DNA of 64,000 bases from positions 289,579-353,578 of the forward strand of contig NIVC01001135.1 of assembly GCA_002269645.1 (NCBI GenBank), written 5' to 3'. Positions 62,778 through 64,000 of this stretch are shown piece after piece. Each line of letters begins with the position of its first letter. Position 1 is the first letter of the stretch. The translations under genes were made by a program, and so were the position numbers. The notes under the pieces were generated by a model. The model was not told the origin of the DNA. It worked only from the letters and a program-made list of their open reading frames with translations, and ran no database searches. This stretch comes from Macrostomum lignano (taxonomy: Eukaryota).

Positions 62778-63258
62778 ATGAATCCCGAGCAGCAGCAGCA
62801 ACAACAACTAACTGATCGTAAGCTTTTAGTTGAACGTCTATACGATTCGGCAACGATTCCGACCCGAAAAACTGTCGGGTCGATCGGGTATGATCTTTGC
62901 GCTGGCGTCGATGGTACCATTCCGGCCTACGAGTCCCGGAGTGTGCGAACCGGACTCAAAATTCGTTACCGCCTGGTACCTATGGCAGGATAGCGGGACG
63001 TTCCAGCATGGCTCTGCACAGCTTATTTGTTGGCGGTGGCGTTAATCGACCCCGACTATACTGGTGAAATCTGTATAGTCTTGTTTAATTACAGTCCGGA
63101 AGACTTTGAGTACTATGCCGGGCTCAGTATTGCACAACTGGTTCTGGAGCAGGCCGTGTGCTTCAGTCTATGTGACTGAAGCAGACAATTCGATTCGGAT
63201 GATTGAGCCGCCGACCAAGCGGCGCGGCTTTGGCGGCTTTGGCAGCACTGGCCAATAA
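62778..63258 (+). CDS. dut: Trimeric dUTPase with frameshifts
   Basis: [19 protein letters not shown](ID)PDYTGEI, IAQLV and [10 protein letters not shown] occur in order over shifted frames. Confidence 0.9.
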
Positions 63259-63349
63259 GTATAATAATAATAATAAACTGATTTTTTTCTTTGGTGATTG
63301 GTGCACTATGCGAGAGCTTTGTAAATACTATAAGCAATTTTAAAAATTT

Positions 63350-63790
63350 ATGCCTAAAATATATGTTGTAAAAATGTCTCCAGCGAAAGATCGAGGTTTT
63401 AAAAAGAAAAAGAAGAGCATTCGTAAAAGAAGAAATCTATTAGAAAGATTAATAAAAAGCAAACAAGGTTATGGTGTCGTAAATTGGTTAATTAATCATT
63501 TACCATTTGAAGCACATTTACCCGGCGGATATCAGTTTTGTGGTCCAGGTACGCAACTGCAAGCTAGGCTAGCAAAAGGACAACGAGGAATTAATCGGCT
63601 TGACAATTTGTACATGCTTCACGACGTGGCCTATGATAAAAATTCTGACGTGCAAGAGAGGTTAAAAGCTGATAAGCTATTAGATCGTGTGCACGAGAGA
63701 TTGCCCACGATCGTCTACTGGTTGGAAAGAAAACTAGCTGCGAAGTTGGTTACCAAGGTTATGCAAGTTAAGCAACGCTTTGGTGCTTGA
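63350..63790 (+). CDS. PLA2X (parvovirus-type phospholipase A2 domain) of Polintons/adintoviruses
   Basis: INHLPFEAHLPGGYQFCGPGTQLQARLAKGQRGINRLDNLYMLHDVAY...RLKADKLL: YxGPG calcium loop and HDxxY catalytic motif. Confidence 0.9.
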   Translation: MPKIYVVKMSPAKDRGFKKKKKSIRKRRNLLERLIKSKQGYGVVNWLINHLPFEAHLPGGYQFCGPGTQLQARLAKGQRGINRLDNLYMLHDVAYDKNSDVQERLKADKLLDRVHERLPTIVYWLERKLAAKLVTKVMQVKQRFGA

Positions 63791-63792
63791 AA

Positions 63793-64000
63793 ATGCAGCA
63801 GCCATACAATATGCAACTAGCTCACGATTCTACATTTATTATTGCTGGACGCTTCAAACTCGGGTAAACTGAATGGACGTTGTTTGTTGACTGAACGAAA
63901 AGAATTATTTGATAAAAAACCGTGCCGTCTTGTTTGGTGCCATGGATCAAGTTTGAAACCAGACGATCAACAACGAATTAGAACATGCTGGCAAAAAAGC
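63793..64000 (+). CDS. Polinton FtsK/A32-like packaging ATPase, 5' part (frameshifted, cut by the window edge)
   Basis: MQLAHDSTFIIAG(R)SNSGK(T)EW...LLTERKELFDKKPCRLVWCHG matches the L.HPFT.IIAGPSGSGKT...LL......F...P..I.WCYG pattern after 1-bp corrections. Confidence 0.8.

Larger units (their letters stand above)
56290..64000 (+). mobile_element. Endogenous Polinton/Maverick (adintovirus-like) element, partial; left boundary uncertain, continues past the window
   Basis: Co-oriented AT-rich block with PLA2X, packaging ATPase, dUTPase, C2H2/GSxW protein, SSB-like and TBP-like genes and internal tandem repeats. No terminal inverted repeat identified. Confidence 0.8.

Overview
Eukaryotic (animal) genomic DNA, not prokaryotic. 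GC-rich, mostly single-exon genes, short spliceosomal introns and dense micro/minisatellites suggest a free-living flatworm such as Macrostomum (inference only). Seven host genes all lie on the minus strand: a Shaker-type Kv channel with a shortened S4, a secreted WSC+PAN protein, an HMG20-like coiled-coil protein with no HMG box, an MTFR1/FAM54-like protein, a stand-alone MyTH4-FERM protein, an NTPDase/apyrase, and a multi-exon SLC1 transporter with substituted Na+-site residues. Mobile DNA includes a Penelope-like GIY-YIG relic, a piggyBac transposase relic, two MITEs, tRNA-derived SINE-like pieces and a decayed Polinton/adintovirus major capsid gene (39.5-40.8 kb). The last ~7.5 kb is a plus-strand Polinton/adintovirus-like gene block: PLA2X, packaging ATPase, dUTPase and a C2H2/GSxW protein, plus an intron-containing OB-fold SSB-like gene and a divergent two-repeat TATA-binding-protein-like gene. 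These last two are the most unusual features. Single-base indels in homopolymers recur in otherwise intact genes and may be assembly errors. All family calls come from motif recognition by eye; no searches were run.
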